A stretch of 64,000 nucleotides of DNA, taken from assembly GCA_964016885.1 (NCBI GenBank), contig OZ024743.1:184822001-184886000 (forward strand), written 5' to 3'. The notes under the pieces are model-generated. The model did no database searches. It was given only the letters and a program-made list of their open reading frames with translations, and was not told the origin of the DNA. The position numbers were made by a program, and so were the translations under genes. Positions 45,854 through 61,263 of the stretch are shown here, piece after piece (the stretch's first letter is position 1; every line of letters starts with the position of its first letter). This DNA comes from Eledone cirrhosa (Eukaryota).

Positions 45854-46149
45854 TTGATTTGTTAGACAAGCAAAAAAATATTCTAGATATTCTTCTTACT
45901 AGATACAAAGCCTCAGATTTATAAGGAATGAGAAATAAGATTGTATGACAATCATGCCTTTCTCAAGATCATTGAAAACATAAGTGTGATGAAATGACCA
46001 CAACCAAGAATATAACCAGGCCATGAGTCCAACATGGAAATAAACGATTTATCACTTCAATTAAATATCTTGTGAGGTAGGGTCAGAATGAGATTTAGAA
46101 TAAAAAAAATAATATAATAAAAATAGAGTTAGATAATAAGCTTGCTTAC

Positions 46150-46420
46150 CATCTGTTTGCTTATTGTCAAGAGACAACGATGATGGAGGTTGTGGTGGTT
46201 GTTGTTGCATTGCTGGTGGTGGTGGTGAAGAACTGGGTTCATCATCTGACAACTGTGTATCAACTAAATGCAGAAACTTCATATAGGTGGCTGAAGAAGC
46301 AGCATTTGGCTGGTACATATCCTCATTGGTAGTATCTCCATTGCTGAAGTAGAAAGGCTGGTACTTTCCAGGATGGTCTCCAGATAAAAACAATCGAGAT
46401 GGCTTAGTTGTAGCAGCCAT
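46150..46420 (-). CDS. Candidate host-gene first coding exon (90 aa + phase-1 donor), product unknown
   Basis: ATG at 46420 with G at +4. Non-repetitive, GC-elevated ORF MAATTKPSRLFLSGDHPGKYQPFYFS...PPPPAMQQQPPQPP...KQTD ending at a strong donor ATG|GTAAGC (46150/46149), followed by AT-rich intron-like sequence. Possible acceptor ttctttatttag at 46934. Confidence 0.6.
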
Positions 46421-47989
46421 GTGAAAGATCTTACACAATTAATTTCCCTGATAGATACTGATGTTAGTTAATTCCAATTGGGTGGAAAGATAAACAAACC
46501 TAAACAACAGCTGTCACACACAGTTAATTATCTTTGTACACTATTGTAACTAGACTGGTGTATGTACTCTGGTAATCCTTACACTAAGTACTCAACTAAG
46601 TAAATAATATACCTCAGATTAGTGCTGTTACACGAGACACATATATATAGGTATATAGATAGGTAAATAGATAGGTAAATAGAGACTAAGAGATAAACTG
46701 ACAGATAGATGGATAGAATTTAGTGTACTTAGAATAAAATATGCAGAATTTGTGCAGATTCTCAAAATAAATTCCACCAAAAAAGACAAATCACAATATT
46801 AGATTAAAACAGAGTACCAAGTATAGAGCAAATGAGAAGACTAAGTCTAATATATATAATTTTAAAGTTACTCAATACTAATCTATACTATGCATAAATA
46901 CATCTCCAGTGCACGTGAATGTTTAAATATATTCTAAATAAAGAAATAAGACAACAAAGACAAACTGTTTTGGTTTGTTTGTGTTTTTTTCCCCAAAGCA
47001 ACAAGAACGACAGTAATTTGTTTCAACAGACAGAATATCTGGTTAGCTTCTTTTCTTGTTTCAATAAAAATGATCTTCCTCCTTACTAGAAGAGAAGGAA
47101 AGCAAGAGAGAGGTGTGTGTGGGGAGTTCACAGAGTAGTTTCTAAGAGATAGCTATGGCTGAATGAAAGACACTGGGAATCAGTTGAGTAAATAGCAACA
47201 GGGAGAGAGTGTATATAGCAAAGGAGGTAACAAAACAAGCTAATAGCTATACTGGTTGTTTTTGTTAATTTTTCAGAAACTAAATCATAATGACCAACAT
47301 TATTATTATTTTGTCATTTTTGTTTTTCTGTTTCTGTTGCTCTACTTGATATATATGAAGGTGTGTGTAACAGCAGTTGTATGTAGCTTGGCTGGTAATA
47401 TTTATACTGCCGTTACTACTACTATTACTGCTACTGCTTATCAAGTAGCTCCTGCAAAGAGAGATTGACTAGTTGTAAGCCAACAGCAACAGATCAATGA
47501 TTTCTCTACACAACGCTGGCCTAACTTCGAAAGCCAGCTGCTGTTTTCAATTCCCCCATGTTTATTAGACTTATATTATCTCTCTGTTGTCGGGGTGTTG
47601 AGTTTTGTTGCTTTTATTGTTTTTCTTTCTTCCCCACCTAATCAGAACATTTGATGATGTCATTTTGCAAGTCATTTATTTACCTGTCTGTCTATTTGTG
47701 ATGAAAGCAATATATATTTATAAGATATTCATCCACTATGAGTGTCATCAATGTGTGCTCACATACATACACACAAACAAGTAAATATATTTATAATATA
47801 ATATAAATATATACACACACACACACACACACATATATACATACATATATGTATATATACATACATATACATATACACACACATATATATATACATACAT
47901 ATACACACATATATATATATATATACATACATATACATATACACACATATATATACATACACATATATACATACATATACATACATACA

Positions 47990-48023
<34 letters not shown>

Positions 48024-48024
48024 C

Positions 48025-48055
<31 letters not shown>

Positions 48056-48203
48056 CATACATACATACATATATACATACATACATACATACATATATAT
48101 ATATACACACATACATATACAGATATATACATATGCATACATATGCATATACACATATATATACATACATATACATTCATATATATATATACATATACAT
48201 TTA

Positions 48204-48235
<32 letters not shown>

Positions 48236-48409
48236 CATATACACACATATATACATATGCATATACACATACATATACATTCATATATATATATATATAC
48301 ATTTATATATATATACATACATACATATATACACATATATATATATATATACATTTATATATATATACACACATATATATATATATACACATATATATAT
48401 ATATATATA

Positions 48410-48795
<386 letters not shown>

Positions 48796-48796
48796 C

Positions 48797-48991
<195 letters not shown>

Positions 48992-49148
48992 CACATACAT
49001 ATATATATATATACACATACATATATATATATATACACATACATATATATATATATACACATACATATATATATATATACACATATATATATATATACAC
49101 ATATATATATATATACACATATATATATATATACACATATATATATAC

Positions 49149-49213
<65 letters not shown>

Positions 49214-49280
49214 CACATATATATATACACATATATATATATATACACATATATATATATATACACATATATATATATAT

Positions 49281-49358
<78 letters not shown>

Positions 49359-49363
49359 TATAC

Positions 49364-49488
<125 letters not shown>

Positions 49489-49521
49489 CATATATATATA
49501 TACATATATGTATATATACAC

Positions 49522-49552
<31 letters not shown>

Positions 49553-49625
49553 CATATATATATATACACATATATATATATACATATATGTATATATACA
49601 CATATATATATATACATATATATAT

Positions 49626-49779
<154 letters not shown>

Positions 49780-49840
49780 CATATATACATATATACATAT
49801 ATATATATACATATATATATATACATATATACATATATAC

Positions 49841-49897
<57 letters not shown>

Positions 49898-49924
49898 CAT
49901 ATATATATACATATATATATATAC

Positions 49925-49969
<45 letters not shown>

Positions 49970-50110
49970 CATATATATATATACATATATATACATATAT
50001 ATATATACATATATATATATACATATATATACATATATATATATACATATATACATATATATATATACATATATATATATACATATATATATATACATAT
50101 ATATATATAC

Positions 50111-50157
<47 letters not shown>

Positions 50158-50246
50158 CATATATACATATATACATATATATATATACATATATACATAT
50201 ATACATATATATATATACATATATATATATACATATATACATATAC

Positions 50247-50299
<53 letters not shown>

Positions 50300-50340
50300 C
50301 ATATATATACATATATATATATACATATATACATATATAC

Positions 50341-50373
<33 letters not shown>

Positions 50374-50374
50374 C

Positions 50375-50405
<31 letters not shown>

Positions 50406-50470
50406 CATATATATATACATATATATATACATATATACATATATATATACATATATATATACATATATAT

Positions 50471-50503
<33 letters not shown>

Positions 50504-50514
50504 TATATATATAC

Positions 50515-50577
<63 letters not shown>

Positions 50578-50578
50578 C

Positions 50579-50623
<45 letters not shown>

Positions 50624-50876
50624 CATATATATATATACATATATATATACATATATATATACATATATATATATACATATATATATACATATATATATAC
50701 ATATATATATACATATATATATACATATATATATATATATACATATATATACATATATATATATATATACATATATATATACATATATACATATACATAT
50801 ATATATATATACATATATACATATACATATATATATATATACATATATATACATATATATATATACATATATATAC

Positions 50877-51029
<153 letters not shown>

Positions 51030-51032
51030 TAC

Positions 51033-51063
<31 letters not shown>

Positions 51064-51080
51064 CATATATACATATATAT

Positions 51081-51113
<33 letters not shown>

Positions 51114-51176
51114 TATATATATACATATATATACATATATATGTATACATATATATATATACATATATATGTATAC

Positions 51177-51207
<31 letters not shown>

Positions 51208-51256
51208 CATATATGTACATATATGTATACATATATATATATACATATATATATAC

Positions 51257-51302
<46 letters not shown>

Positions 51303-51303
<1 letters not shown>

Positions 51304-51536
51304 CATGGTGGCTGCCAACTCGGTTTCGAGTACGGCCACTACTTTATATCCATGTAGGAGAACCCCTACCTATGCGCTGAACGAGTGTGACTTTTTAGTC
51401 CAGCCAGCGACTTGAAAACTCTGGTACAAACACTACACTTGTGACAATTATTGACACACAGTGCTGGGCCCATGGTACCATGTGACGACAAGTGCAGAGA
51501 GATCTCCAGATATAAAGCAATGCCTGTGCCGTGAAC
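51303..51536 (-). mobile_element. RTE-like LINE 3' end with C2H2 zinc finger
   Basis: [25 protein letters not shown] followed by a short UTR running into (TATG)n/(TA)n. Confidence 0.6.
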
Positions 51537-51585
51537 ATACATACATACATATATATATACATACATACACATACATACATATATA

Positions 51586-51638
<53 letters not shown>

Positions 51639-51701
51639 ACATACATACATACATATGTATACATACATACATACATACATATGTATACATACATACATAC
51701 A

Positions 51702-51732
<31 letters not shown>

Positions 51733-51751
51733 GTATACATACATACATACA

Positions 51752-51782
<31 letters not shown>

Positions 51783-51801
51783 GTATACATACATACATAC
51801 A

Positions 51802-51832
<31 letters not shown>

Positions 51833-51884
51833 GTATACATACATACATACATATATATATACATACATACATACATATGTATAC

Positions 51885-51917
<33 letters not shown>

Positions 51918-51980
51918 CATACATACATATATATACATACATACATATATACATACATACATATACATACATACATATAC

Positions 51981-52019
<39 letters not shown>

Positions 52020-52091
52020 CATACATACATATATATATATGTATACATACATATATATACATACATACATACATATATATGTATACATACA

Positions 52092-52125
<34 letters not shown>

Positions 52126-52154
52126 CATACATATATATATATATACATACATAC

Positions 52155-52547
52155 ATCTATCTATCTATCTATCTATCTAAGGCGGGTAAAATTCCCGAAA
52201 TCCATGAACGAGTTCTCTCCAGCGGTCTCTGTCCCTCATTATCGCTGCCATGTCCTGCATCTCCAACAGATGGTGGATGGGTGCTACACGAGAATGCTGA
52301 GGATGGCTCTGAACATTAATCAGTATACACTGAGGATGAAAAACTCAGAGCTGTATGGGAGCATCCCAAAAGTCAGCTCAAAAGTGACACAGAGGAGACT
52401 GAGGTTGGCTGGACATGCTCACCGACATCCAGAGTTGACATTGCACTCAGTGCTCCTTTGGGAGCCCCTACATGGACACACTAGAAGAGGAAGACCAAGG
52501 TTAACGTATGTTGATGCCCTAAGGACAGACACTGGTCTGTTGGAGAT
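52155..52547. mobile_element. RTE-X-like LINE 3' fragment with 5' inversion
   Basis: 52155-52270 minus strand (tail and last codons); 52271-52547 plus strand ([15 protein letters not shown]...RRLRLAGH...LLWEP...GRPRLTY). Confidence 0.85.
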
Positions 52548-52966
52548 ATATACATATATACACATATATATACATATATACACATATATATACATATATA
52601 CACATATATATACATATATATATACATATATATACATATATATATACATATATATACATATATATATACATATATATACATATATATATACATATATATA
52701 CATATATATATACATATATATACATATATATATACATATATACACATATATATATACATATATATATATACATATATACACATATATATACATATATACA
52801 CATATATATACATATATACACATATATACACATATATATATACATATATACACATATATATATACATATATATATACATATATACACATATATATATACA
52901 TATATACACATATATATATACATATATACACATATATACACATATATATACATATACACATATACG

Positions 52967-53345
52967 AGGATGAATCATGCTGAAAAGAAGATAACCCCAG
53001 ATGCGTTTCTGACAGTAAGTCAGAAATCATGGGAATACTACCAAGAAGTGTATTCTTGCTTTGTAGGCATCAAAAAGGCATATGACCGCATTCCACGGAC
53101 CTGCTGTGGAAGGTTTTGCAGGAGTATGAGATCGATGGTCAGCTTCTTGTTGCCTTGATGTCTCTCTATGGATGCCCAAGTATTTGTGTTCAGATAAATG
53201 GTGCCAAATCAAAACCATTTAATCTGGGAGTTGGACTCCACAAAGGGTGTGTACTGTCACTTCTCTTGTTCATTAATTTCATGAACAGGATTGACATGTG
53301 CAGCCGGGTTGGAAGTGATATCACCATTGGCAGATGTAGAATCAG
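52967..53345 (+). mobile_element. Degenerate RTE-clade RT fragment
   Basis: [52 protein letters not shown]. Confidence 0.75.
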
Positions 53346-55262
53346 GTGCTCTTTTTGTGACTCCTATACAACCACTTTACTGTGTGGGCAGGGTGCTTTT
53401 TGTTGTGACACCTACATGACCACTTTAAAGTGTGGGCTGGATGTTTTTTTGTTGTGATACAAACATAACTTTATAGTGTAAGGATGGTGTAGACATAAGT
53501 GGGTGGGTGTTGGGGCGTAGGAGTTGTTTAGAAGGGGATATAATGGTTAAAAGGTGCCTATTAGATGTATGTTTGATTCCATGCACTTGGGAAGCCATTT
53601 CTTCTGTGTTACTGCATAACGTCAAAGATTTCAATCCTGTGTCATTGTCTTTGAGAAGTGCAACTGTGCAAGGTCAGCTTTTATCACCTAATCCCAGGTC
53701 TTCCTACTCCATAGCTTCCATCAACTTTGATTTCCCTGCACCTTTTTATACAGCTGTTATCCTTCATATGCATTACATGACCAAACCAATGCAATCTCCT
53801 CTCTAGCAAACTGCATCTGATCCCTCTTATGTCTAATTTTGCTCTCAGTCCATTTATGCTTTGCCGTTCATGTACATTACTATTATACATCCATCAGAGC
53901 ATGCATGCTTCATTTCTTTCCAATTTTCTGTGTCCTCTGCACACAGTTCTCAGGTCCCACTACCATGCAACATTGCTGTATGTATAGATAAACCATACAA
54001 TCTGTCCATTTTGAGGGAAAAAGCTTTTGTAGATAGCAGCAGTAGTAGCTCCCTGCACTTTCTTTATCTCATTCTTACTTTGGCCACTGTTCTTTCGGAG
54101 CACCCTTCTCCACTGCTAATTTCATTACCCAGGTAATGGAAAGTGTCGACTATTTCTATAGAACTGTCTGGGCATTTGAAGGAGCTAGTATCCTGTGGGC
54201 ACTTGCTACTTACTGCACCTGCGCATCGGTCGCATATAAAACCTACATTCTTTGATAGCCTGCCTGTGATCCCACTACATATTTTATGTACCCATAGCTT
54301 GCATATGGGACATAGAATGGAATTTCTACCTACACCTTTCTTGCACACTGAGATGGGCCATTTCCCAGAGGGAATCTGGGTCCTATTTTCCTTTCTACAT
54401 ACTAAACTTTAGTCTTTGACAAGTTAACTTTAAGACCTTTTGATCCTAGGCCATGCTTCCAGGTTAGGAATTTCTTCTCTAATTCAGTTATGAGAGTTAG
54501 ATCATCTGCATACAAAAGTTCCCATGGGCAGCCAGTCTTAAACTCTTTTTTATAGCCTGCTGGGCAATAATAAACAGGAGAGGGCTAAGAACAGAGCCCT
54601 CATTAACAACTACCTGCATGTTAATTCTTCACCATAGTCATTGTTAATTCTAGCCTTGCTGACTGTTCCACTATACATGACTTGAACAGCTTTCATACCC
54701 CACTCATCTACACCTAGTTTTCTATAAGCGTACTAGATAATGGAACAGGGGTCATGTCAAAGGCTTTGTCCAAGTCAAAAAAGGCTAAGTAGAGTGGTTT
54801 AGTTTTAGCTAGGTACTTCTCCTGCAGTTGCCTCACAAGGAGAGTATCCGTGGTACTTTTACCTGGTACAAATCCAAACTACATTTCATCAAGGTTAATT
54901 CGGTCCCTAATCAGCTAAGCGATAACTCTTTCTGTGACTTTCATGACCTGGTCAACCAACTTAATGCCTCTATAGTTTTCTCTATCTAAAGCATCTCCTG
55001 TGCCCTTGTTGCAGTTGATAATGCTGCTACACCAGTCATTGGATATTACTCCATTTTGTATTACTTGGTTTACAATGCTTTCAGCATCTCAGCAACTATC
55101 CTCAAAGGTCCAGCTGCATTGCCTGTCTTCATATCTCTCATTGCCTTACTTCCTATACAACTACCAACTTGCACAGCAAGTCAACTAGGGGCAAACTATC
55201 TTTATCCCATTCATTCTCCACATTTAGTAGTCTTTCATAGTAGCGCTTCCATGCTACCTTCT
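53346..55262 (-). mobile_element. Older degenerate RTE LINE (RT, PHD, 3' UTR)
   Basis: KKVAWKRYYERLLNVENEW, CKKGVGRNSILCPICKLWVHKICSG and ERRLHWFGHV in several broken frames. Confidence 0.88.
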
Positions 55263-55272
55263 TTAGAGAAGA

Positions 55273-55305
<33 letters not shown>

Positions 55306-55963
55306 GACATATACAAGTGTTGGTAGAATCAAAGGAAAAGAGAAACTAACAGATATTGTGGAAGTTGAAAGAATTTTTGTCAACAGTTCTAGATATAAAG
55401 ATGTCTAGTTCCTTCAGATGCCTTAATGTTACACATATTTACATCTATGAAACCACTGGTAATGTAGAGATATGTGAAACTGTTAACATAAATACTATCT
55501 TTATATATATATATATGTGTGGTGTGTGTGGTGTGTGTGTGTGCAAGTGTGAACAATTATTTAAATATCTAATTCTCTAAAACTTCTTATTGGTTTTGGC
55601 TCTCCTTCATGCAAATGTGATCTTAACAAGGCATATATATTCCCATGCAGATGGAATCCAGTACAGGTTAAAAGCTGGATACAAGTGTGTTTGATAATGA
55701 TTTCTTACATTGGCACAAGGCCACAGATTTGTAATAGATGTATTATCAATTTAATAATAATGAATATACCCCCCCCCCCCACACACACACACATATATAT
55801 ATATATAGGAATTAAACATATTACTAAACACACCACATTCCAAAGAGTTTAATCTTTGAGACATAACATCACAAAAGTGTCAATAAATAGGAACCAATAT
55901 GTTATTAAAATGACCTAGATAGTAGAATTATCACAGTGCTTACATTTCAGCTATAAAGATAAT

Positions 55964-56141
55964 TGTTTCTACTTTAGGCACAAGGCCAGCAATAACCCAG
56001 TGCATTACTGGTACTTTATTTTATCGACCCCGTAAGGATGAAAGGCAAAGTCAACCTCAACCTCGGCGGGATTTGAACTCAGATCGTAAAGGGACGTAAC
56101 TATGCTGGAAAGCATGGCGTCCGACCCTCTACCGATACTGC
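55964..56141 (-). mobile_element. Meta-type SINE
   Basis: Family match; 16-bp TSD CAGCTATAAAGATAAT at 55948-55963 and 56142-56157. Confidence 0.82.
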
Positions 56142-56429
56142 CAGCTATAAAGATAATACTAATCCATTTCTGCTGGCATATGGAAAACATGAAAGATTAT
56201 ATGAAAATACATAGCATACCATGGAGCACATAAATTACAGTTTAAATACACAAGTCTCTGATATCCAAATGGCTAAATATCAGCAGAAGGGCACCCAGGA
56301 GTCATGATCTGGATGTAGCCCAGTCCCCTTACAGTGTTAGAAGTTAAGGGCAGAAATACTTGTTTTAGTGAGGCTTCTTCTCTGAAGGCCTTCTGCTGTT
56401 CAGCTCTCCTGAAAGTTTCTTACTAGACA

Positions 56430-56790
56430 TGACTGTAAGTAAATTTACTTTGAAACCACATGGTTTTGGTTTAGCTCCCATTAAATGGCAACTTGGACAA
56501 TAGCCTTTGGCTATAGCCTCAGATTGGTGAATGCCTTGTGAGTGAAATTTGGTAGGTGGAAACTGCAGAAGCCTATCAAATTTACATGTGTGTGCATGTT
56601 TATGTCTATAGTGCTTAAAAACCAGTGCCGTTTGTTTATGTCATTTACTCAGCAGTCCAATAAATTAGAAATCAATAAAATAAGCATCAGAATTTTTTTA
56701 AAACAAGTACTGGGGTTGATATAATCAACTAGACCCTTAAAGCTAGTCACCCAGTATAACTGCAGTCCAATGACTGAAATCATTAAAAGA
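56430..56790 (+). mobile_element. Degenerate SINE of a third family
   Basis: Decayed head (aaccacatggttttggtttagctccca), gccttgtgagtgaaatttggtag segment, and a 3' end resembling 45000-45135. Confidence 0.45.
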
Positions 56791-57039
56791 CTAAAAATCA
56801 TTTATAAAATTGATCTAAACAATTATTTGTTATAACTAGTTGTGCAGTTGATCAACCATAATAACTGACATTTTATTGATGCTGCTGTACATGTCGAGGA
56901 GTGTAATGAAGGTTAATATGAAATCTACAACATATACAATTGTAATTAAATACTATGAACCTACTGATTTTGCTATTGTATGACAAAAGAGCACATAACT
57001 CTCCCTGCAGAGTGGTTGAGCTGTTGACATGATGGATGG

Positions 57040-57505
57040 TGCCCTCTTCCCCCACCTGTGAGGTGGTCATGTTGAAATGTCAAGCAGGCACCCAGTCCAC
57101 CCTGTTGAGTGGTCAGGTTGGTAGTATCAGATGACAAGAAACGCCAGCCCACCCCACCCAACCCTGTAAAGTGGGCATGATGGGAACACAACAAAAGCAC
57201 CCAGCCCAACCTGTGAAGAGGTCATGTTGGAGACACAACAAAAAGTGGTAATTTTGGTGATGCAGCAAAAAGTGTCCAGCCCACACTGTAAAGTGGTCAT
57301 GTTGGTGTCATGACAAAAAGCACCCAGTCAACACTGTAAGGTGGTTGTTTTGGTGCCATGAGAAAAGGCACCCAGTCTACACAGTAAATGTGTTAGGAAG
57401 AGCATCCAGCCATAGAAACCAAGCCAGAAACAGTTCTGTATGAGCAAGATATGGTCAATCCATCTAACCCATGCTAGCATGGAAAATGGGCAGTAAATGG
57501 TGATG
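57040..57505 (+). mobile_element. Degenerate RTE-type 3' UTR with expanded ~45-bp tandem units
   Basis: Repeated aaaagcacccag...ctgtaaagtggtcatgttgg units, then gttaggaagagcatccagcc and the ctaacccatgctagc terminus. Confidence 0.7.
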
Positions 57506-58045
57506 TATGTGAGGACACATACACATACATACATACATTTTTGCAAGGTATAGCTTACACCTAGTTTGCATCTGATAGGAAGTTTCTCAGGTATTTTAAT
57601 GATAGGGACCTCAGTGCTATCATAATACATACATTACAACTTATTTTAAAAACATTACTGTGGATTAAACATTATCTCTCTTCTCATATCTAGTGGCATA
57701 TTTATACAAATTCAGCTATAGGTATACTGTTTCCGTTTTTTACTAACATAAAAAATGATATAAAGATTACCATGAATACATGTGTATACAAGTTGCAAGG
57801 TAGGTAGGTCACAACCCCATTTTACACACAACATTTACAATGTGCCATAAATTTGAACTGAGGATTTTTATGTCAAATACATGAGTCAAATGCTGGGTTT
57901 TGAGACTGTACTTTAGTGAAAAAAGTTGTGACATATAGAAGAATTTATGTGATATGTAACCATGATAATAATAATAATTTTTTTATTGGCCACTAGGGGA
58001 CAATACAAAAAGACAGGGACAGTGGGGTTTACAATAATAATAATA

Positions 58046-58232
58046 ATTGTTTCTACTTTTGGCACAAGGCCAGCAATTACCTAGTGTATTACTGGTACTT
58101 TATTTTATCGACCCCGTAAGGATGAAAGGCAAAGTTAACCGTGGCGAGATTTGAACTCAGAATGGCAAGGGCCGTAGCTCTATACGTCAATGCATGGTGT
58201 CCGACCCTCTACCGATACTGCCAATCCCCCGC
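58046..58232 (-). mobile_element. Meta-type SINE
   Basis: Family match to 33204-33393; (AAT)n tail. Confidence 0.82.
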
Positions 58233-60568
58233 AATTAATAATGATAATAATGGTTTCTAATTAAACTTGTACCTATGTTAAAAACACTAGTTATGGCCCT
58301 TTACGTTCCGATTTCAAAGTCAAGTACTGTGTGCCAATTAAATCAACTTTCCCCTTCCTCTAAAACTGCTGGGCTTGTACTTAAATTAGAAACAACTACT
58401 ACTAATTTCACCTACAAACATCTAGAAAATGTATTTAAAAAGAGACAAGAAAAACAGGTGAGAAGAGAGTTACTAGTGAATTAAATATTTACATAACTTG
58501 ACAACTTTGAATCAGCCTCTTTATGGATCATTTTTAAAGTTCAAATATTATTATTGATTAACTGACATTATAACAGACTAACATCTTAGTTTAAACTGAG
58601 ATAGGTAACATTGGCCCAGCTGGGCTGGACTAAAGCAACTAGTGAGATTCCGACATCAATCCATGCCTATCATTAAAACGGAAGTGATAACCCCACCCCC
58701 ACAAAAAGGAAATGTATTTAATAACAATTATAACATAATAAATTTTGACAAAAACATGATGTTTCATAGTTATATTTTAACATATATTTAAAATGGAATG
58801 GGAGTCCCTGGACTATGGGGCTCTAGGTTGAAGCTTATTTAGCCCATATGTAAATCCAGTACTAGACTCCAGCCTAACTAATTAACTAACTTAAACAAGG
58901 TGAACAGATATAAAAAAAACAACTTGCTATAGTATAAATATACTTTCAATAAACGCTACCTATCAACTAGATATTATAATAATATAATTCAGCTGTTTGT
59001 AAATGTGACACATCAGTGGTGTTATTTAGACTAGTTTTGACATGAAAAATATGAAAAAAATAAAAATGATTTTTTTTAAACAGCATACCTCGATGACTCA
59101 ATCGGTTTGGACATACTTGTGTAAAAACAGGCCTATTCACTCTCTGAACTACAAAGAACTACAGATACTTTTAAACTTCTGTTGTTTTTAAAGAGAAGTA
59201 GATTTATCCCACAAATCAACATTTTATTGGGAGGAGGGAAATAATGGTGGAAGTAGGAGGTATTCAATTTATGTTCAGTATTTATCTATTAAATAGCCTG
59301 TCATTTTTCATATGATTTCCCAATACTCAATAAATATAAATATGGTTGTTTGATAACAGAAATAGATAACAGAAATAAATTAAATATCAACACATAATTA
59401 TATTTATATAGTTAATTATTTTAATTAATACATAATTTTTTTTTGGGGGGGGGGGGGGGGGGGGCTGAGTATAAAGTTCCCTCCATATGAAGCAAAGCAA
59501 AGACATAAAAGTTGACTTGATCAATATTATTAAATAGTAATTTATTTTTTTAGTCCAAAGTGGGTGAAGTTTGAATACAGAATTATCAGCTACAATAAAT
59601 TAAGTGCTGTCAGGTAAGTCCCATGAAAAACTTGTAACACATTTATTATACATACTACACAAAGTTAGTTAGCAATAACCCTTTTACACCTTTATTTTGA
59701 TCCTCATCTTGGATTAATACTATCGTTAATTAATACTAGCCAGTCAAGCTTGTACTATATGTAAATATGCTATCAAAGGTTTGTTTACAAAATTTATAAA
59801 AAGATACTACCTTCTGCCTTAGTATCCCCAATAAGTAGGCGTTGCTGATGACAGATTAATAAATCCTGAAATAAATGTTTACAGTCTTCTTACATAGATA
59901 TTGAGATAGCTGTAATATGATCACGGCTATACTGTATGTATGTTTATTATACATAAACTTAGATGAAATCCAGGATTCATGTTCTACTCAACACAGTTTG
60001 ACAACAGAAAGAAACTGAAACAATTTAAAAGTTTTCAGTTCTTTTAAGTGAAAACTAGGAAGACAAACAAACAAACAAAATTTAAATTTAGAAGAGACAA
60101 CCCAAATATGAATATAGCCATGCTTGACAATCTATTTTATATAGTAAAAAAAAAAAAAAATCAATAACCTACATTTAGCCCAGTTTTTTAGAATGAATTT
60201 TGTATTAGTACTTATGTTGCTATACACATTCTGTTAAATGATTGTGTGTATCTGGTTTAGAATAGGCACACCATGTCCCTATGCATTGTATGAGGCAACT
60301 AAAAAACGCCTGGCACAAAAAGGGGCATCTGATTGTAAAGCATTGCCTCAAAAAGGACATCATGAGGAGTAAGAAAACTGACATGAGATCTGTGAAGCTA
60401 GTCCCTGCTTTAACAGGAAAAATGGCCTTAAAACTCTTGTGGCTGTTGTACACATTTTATTCTATACATAAGTATATCAAACTACAGAAGTCTTTACAAC
60501 TAAAAGGAAATAGCTGATATATTACACATAAACTACACTAAGAGCTGATTTTAGGACATACTAATATT

Positions 60569-60783
60569 GATTTCAAGTATAGGCACAAGGCCAGTAATTT
60601 GGGGGGATGGGGAAAGTCGATTAAATCGACCCCAGTATGTTACTGGTGCCTTATTATTGACCCCGTAAGGATGAAAGGCAAAGTTAACCTCGGTAGGATT
60701 TGAACTCAGACCATGAAGAACCGTAACTCTATGCTGCAAAGCACGGTGTCCAACACTCTACCGATACTGCCAATCCACCACCC
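60569..60783 (-). mobile_element. Meta-type SINE (longer variant)
   Basis: Family match with an extra ggggtcgatttaatcgac segment; 19-bp TSD TTTAGGACATACTAATATT at 60550-60568 and 60784-60802. Confidence 0.85.
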
Positions 60784-61263
60784 TTTAGGACATACTAATA
60801 TTATGAAAAGAAACTACATACGTTATATTATGAAAGCTAAACTGGGTTCCTGTTTGAATGACAAACAAATGGAATATGTGATAAGAAGCCAGTGAATAGA
60901 AAAGAATGAAAGTATTTATAGAGTGGGATAAATACAAGAAACATAAGCATTTTAAGGCCATTTTCAATTCTAAAGGTCCACCACACTTAGCAAGCGAATG
61001 AGGTCTGGGATCTTGTTGATTGATCAGAGTGAGAAAGAATAAGTACATCACATCCCTGTATGTTGTAATAGAGTGGAATAAATAGGAAAATATTTTGGAT
61101 TTAATTTTATAGTTTTGGGGCATTGACATTAGAATTTCGAAAGTCTGAGCTGCAATGAACAAAATGGAAAGGATATGGAAATCAAATTTACCCAGAAAAA
61201 AAAAATCATCCTTCAACATATGTTGAGTCAGTGCTGTTGTATGGATCAGGTATGGACCCTGAC

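Noticed and set aside
57040-57385. CRISPR-like repeat spacing
   Set aside because: The units are contiguous degenerate tandem repeats of a LINE 3' UTR with no unique spacers or cas genes, in a eukaryotic context.
59554-59613. Possible plus-strand 60-nt exon (tttttag|...CAG|GTAAGT)
   Set aside because: Good splice signals but no partner exons or homology; such matches occur by chance in AT-rich DNA.
59845-59880. CTGATGA...GAAA hammerhead-like match
   Set aside because: Stem II is imperfect and there is no valid stem III/NUH triplet or stem I.
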